Below, piece by piece: positions 60,376 through 64,000 of a stretch of DNA of 64,000 nt (its first letter is position 1; the number at the start of each line of letters is the position of its first letter). The DNA comes from the human T2T-CHM13v2.0 reference genome, Homo sapiens. Position numbers and translations under genes: made by a program. The notes below the pieces were generated by a model that was not told the origin of the DNA, searched no databases, and saw only the letters and a program-made list of their open reading frames with translations. The DNA lies in the NCBI RefSeq assembly GCF_009914755.1, contig NC_060929.1. One strand, given 5' to 3'.

Positions 60376-62934
60376 CACGCATGCACTCCCATGTATGTAC
60401 ACAAGCCTGCTCACCTGATGATTCAGGTAGAGAGGTACAGATCGACCTGTCAGAACTAGAAATATGCTCTCCAGTCTCTACCTCCTCTGGGTAGTTGCTT
60501 AGGTGTAGAGAGGATGGAGTTGCAGTTTGTTCCCCACACTCCCCACAGAGCATGGGGGTGTGGGGAAGCCATCCATGTGCCTTCTGAAGGGATGAGCCTT
60601 GGAGAAGGAGCTCGTGTCCTGTACTAAAGAGCTAGAGGCTCAATCATCACAGAACTCCAATCACGGATAAGCAGCAGCTCCCAAAAGGGACTTGAATATA
60701 CAGAAAATGTTGATTTCTTGAGACCCTATTAATTGGAACCCTCATGAACTACCACTTCTACACCTGCAAAGGATACTGATAATTTGCTTTAAAACATAAT
60801 AATCTTCCTGAGTATCTGCAAGTTTCCAAAGGGCCTTCTGAATCCTTAAAGAAAATATTTTGGACAATGGTTTTCCAAGTATTAAAGAATCATTATGCTA
60901 GATGTAGTATGCATGTTAACCCTTTTTAACTACGTGAAATGATAGACTTGAAAGTTAGAAAATACCCTAAAAATCCTAAGGACAGAGATGCAGACTCAGA
61001 GACTCACTCAGGTGGTACCCTTAGTTAAAGTCCTCATTGTGACTAAAACCAGGTCTCCCTGCTTTAGGTTAACCCCGTGTTAACCTGCCTGCACTGTGTG
61101 GTTGGCCATTGTTGGGCAATTCAGCCCAAGGGCTCCAGATTCCCCCCCTCCTAGTGGAAATTAATGAGACTTTCCTACTCATATCTTCCCTGCAAACTCA
61201 CAGGATTATCATGACAATCAAATGTGTCCAAGTGTGTTCGAGCACCTTGAACGCAGGGAATGCAAATGCAAGTCATTATTTTATTTTATTTCTCCATTAT
61301 GTCCAGTTGTGAAACCCTGTTTAAACACACACACTCACACACACATACACACACAGCTTTTAGGCAAATATAATCCCTAGCTACTGACATATGCTAATTT
61401 ATCTACTGCATATTGGGTGTTTGGCAATATTACTGTCCAAATACTGGGAAATAATCCTCAGTTAAGGTATTTACTGTAATATAATTCCCGCCAATGTGGA
61501 AATTTTTTAAAATTTCATTATAATATCCTTCAATTTCTACATTTATTTGAACTTCTGTTACTATCTAGATTTACCTTTTAAATAACATATATTGAGATTT
61601 TTCCCAGTCTGGAGACATGATCATGTGAATGCTTTTCAGCCCCACTGTTATTTAGAGTAGGAAGGGACTTTGCAATGACCTAGTCGAAAAGTCTGGTCTC
61701 AGAATAGCCCTCCAGCTCTGTGCCTGGAAATAGTCAGTGGAAATAATAGCCGTCGAAGCTGCTTATTAAGCATCCACAATATGCTAGATCGTATGCAGAA
61801 CATGTAACAGAAATCATGTCTTCCTCCAAAGCTCTTACACCACTTTAAAAGCCATTTCTGCCCTGATAAAACCTTGTAGGAGAGGCTGCTAGTACTGCAG
61901 AGGGGTCCCTGGAGAAAGGAAGAAAATTACAGGTTTGGAGGACCAAAAAAAATTCTAGTAGGTTTATCCACAGAGACGTGGGCTTGCCCCGGAGTCATCC
62001 ACATCTAAAATGTTGTGGCTCTTGCCAGAGGTGAGATTTTTCCTTTCGCATCCTAACAGATGGACTCAATGCAGAGCACTTAGGCAGCTGCTATTACAGA
62101 AAGTGGCTCTACACCTCTCCTAAGAGCTTTAGAAGGGCAACAAAGGTAGAATGTGGTGGTTCTGTGGTTTTACTTATTTTGTGCTCAGTGTCTCTGAAAA
62201 TCAGACATATAACTATCACATTTTAACTGTACCAGCATGAAAGAAGCAGAGCATTATTGAATCAACAGGGTTCAAAATGCCCCCAATATATACATTTTTT
62301 TTCTCTCCAGGCAGAACATAAGCCCTGGTGTCTTGTCCTTGATTCTTGAGAATGACATTCAATATTTGCCTTAAAAATTCCCCTTCATTCATCCTGTTTA
62401 CACAAATGATACAGTTATGTGAAACACACACCAGACACATTGCATTTTCTTTCTAATCTCATTTGACCGTGTTCAGGCACAACAAATCTTAATCAGCTGA
62501 CGGGAGAAATTGGATGCTGCATGCCACTCTCTCCCTCCAGCAACACATTTCCCTCTGTTTATGCCCAATGAGGCAGTTAGATGAAGGGTGTCCTGGTCTC
62601 ATGGTGAAGCAAGCGCCACGATGACAGAGGGCAATGGGAAATGCAGCAGACATTCATGGGAAATTGTATTCGTTGCTCAAGGAGACCAGCCAGCCACAAA
62701 CATCACCAGAACTGCAGGACAGAAGCTGAGTCCAATGACCCTCAAGAAGGAAGGTGCCTCACCCTGATCCCACTGAAATCCAATCATATGCGCTTGCCCG
62801 CCGCTGGTTAGCCTGATTCTTCAGCAACTTCAGGGGAGGATGCTTGGGAAGGGTCCTACCCATGAGAGCTGGGTTTCCTCTCCTCTAATATTGATTGTCT
62901 GTCGCCTATTCTACTGTGTTTTCCTCGATCCTAG

Positions 62935-63241
62935 TTTTTTTTTTTTTTTTTTTTTCTGAGACAAGAGTCTCGCTCTGTCGCCCAGGCTGGAGTGGAGTGG
63001 CGCGATCTCGGCTCATGGAAGCTCCGCCTCCCGAGTTCACGCCATTCTCCTGCCTCAGCCTCCGGAGTAGCTGGGACTACAGGCGCCCGCTACCACGCCT
63101 GGCCAGTTTTTTGTATTTTGTTCAGTAGAGACAGGGTTTCACCGTGTTAGCCAGAATGGTCTCGATCTCCTGATCTCGTGATCTGCCCACCTCGGCCTCC
63201 CAAAGTGCTGGGATTACAGGTGTGAGCCACCGCGCCCGGCC
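62935..63241 (-). mobile_element. AluY
   Basis: Full Alu; TSD cctc(g/a)atcctagttttt. Confidence 0.92.
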
Positions 63242-63280
63242 CCTCAATCCTAGTTTTTTAATTTTAAAATATTTTACCTT

Positions 63281-63705
<425 letters not shown>

Positions 63706-64000
63706 CTATTCACTTTGAATGTATGGATCCTTTCAGGAAAGAAAACTGTCTTTGTACCCTGAATATGTGTATGCTAAAAACACACATTACTGTGCACAAT
63801 GTCCTGCGTAATTGTTTGTTTTTCACTTAATAATAGATGTTTGCACATTGGTCTAGTTCATCCAAGCACCAAATTTCTTGCCTGGAGTATTGGGGTATCT
63901 TCCTAATTGGCCTCCCTGCTCTACCCTAACCCTCTACAGTTCATTTCAGAAGGAACCTGCTAAAAGGTAAATCAGACCATGTACGTATTTGTTCAGACCT

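Noticed and set aside
60415-60446. Possible 32-nt minus-strand micro-exon (GACAG| ... CAG|GTGAGC)
   Set aside because: Weak pyrimidine tract with an upstream AG; no independent support.

Overview
Primate (very probably human) genomic DNA, CpG-depleted and rich in interspersed repeats: about 26 Alus plus L1, L2, MIR, MER41/MLT1/MER34-like LTRs, MER5A and Tigger4. No protein-coding exon is supported. I recognise from memory, not from a database search, the non-coding first exon -1B of FGF1 on the minus strand (59197-~59306) and its RFX-binding promoter element (59773-59790). A second minus-strand exon with a strong donor and promoter motifs (~17354-17489) fits FGF1 exon -1C. The window is therefore most likely the long 5' intronic/alternative-promoter region of FGF1 (5q31), with coding exons off to the left and exon -1A off to the right. 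The points most worth following up are: a splice acceptor directly upstream of exon -1B (possible hybrid exon), a (UG)n tract below its donor, a candidate recursive splice site, a strong CTCF motif between the two promoters, and candidate antisense exons. Several retrotransposition/repair scars are also visible: a U2 fragment with TSD inside MER5A, an L1 3' transduction, a templated inverted insertion and a closely spaced inverted Alu pair. I found no convincing wholly new biological system; the regulatory findings are hypotheses.
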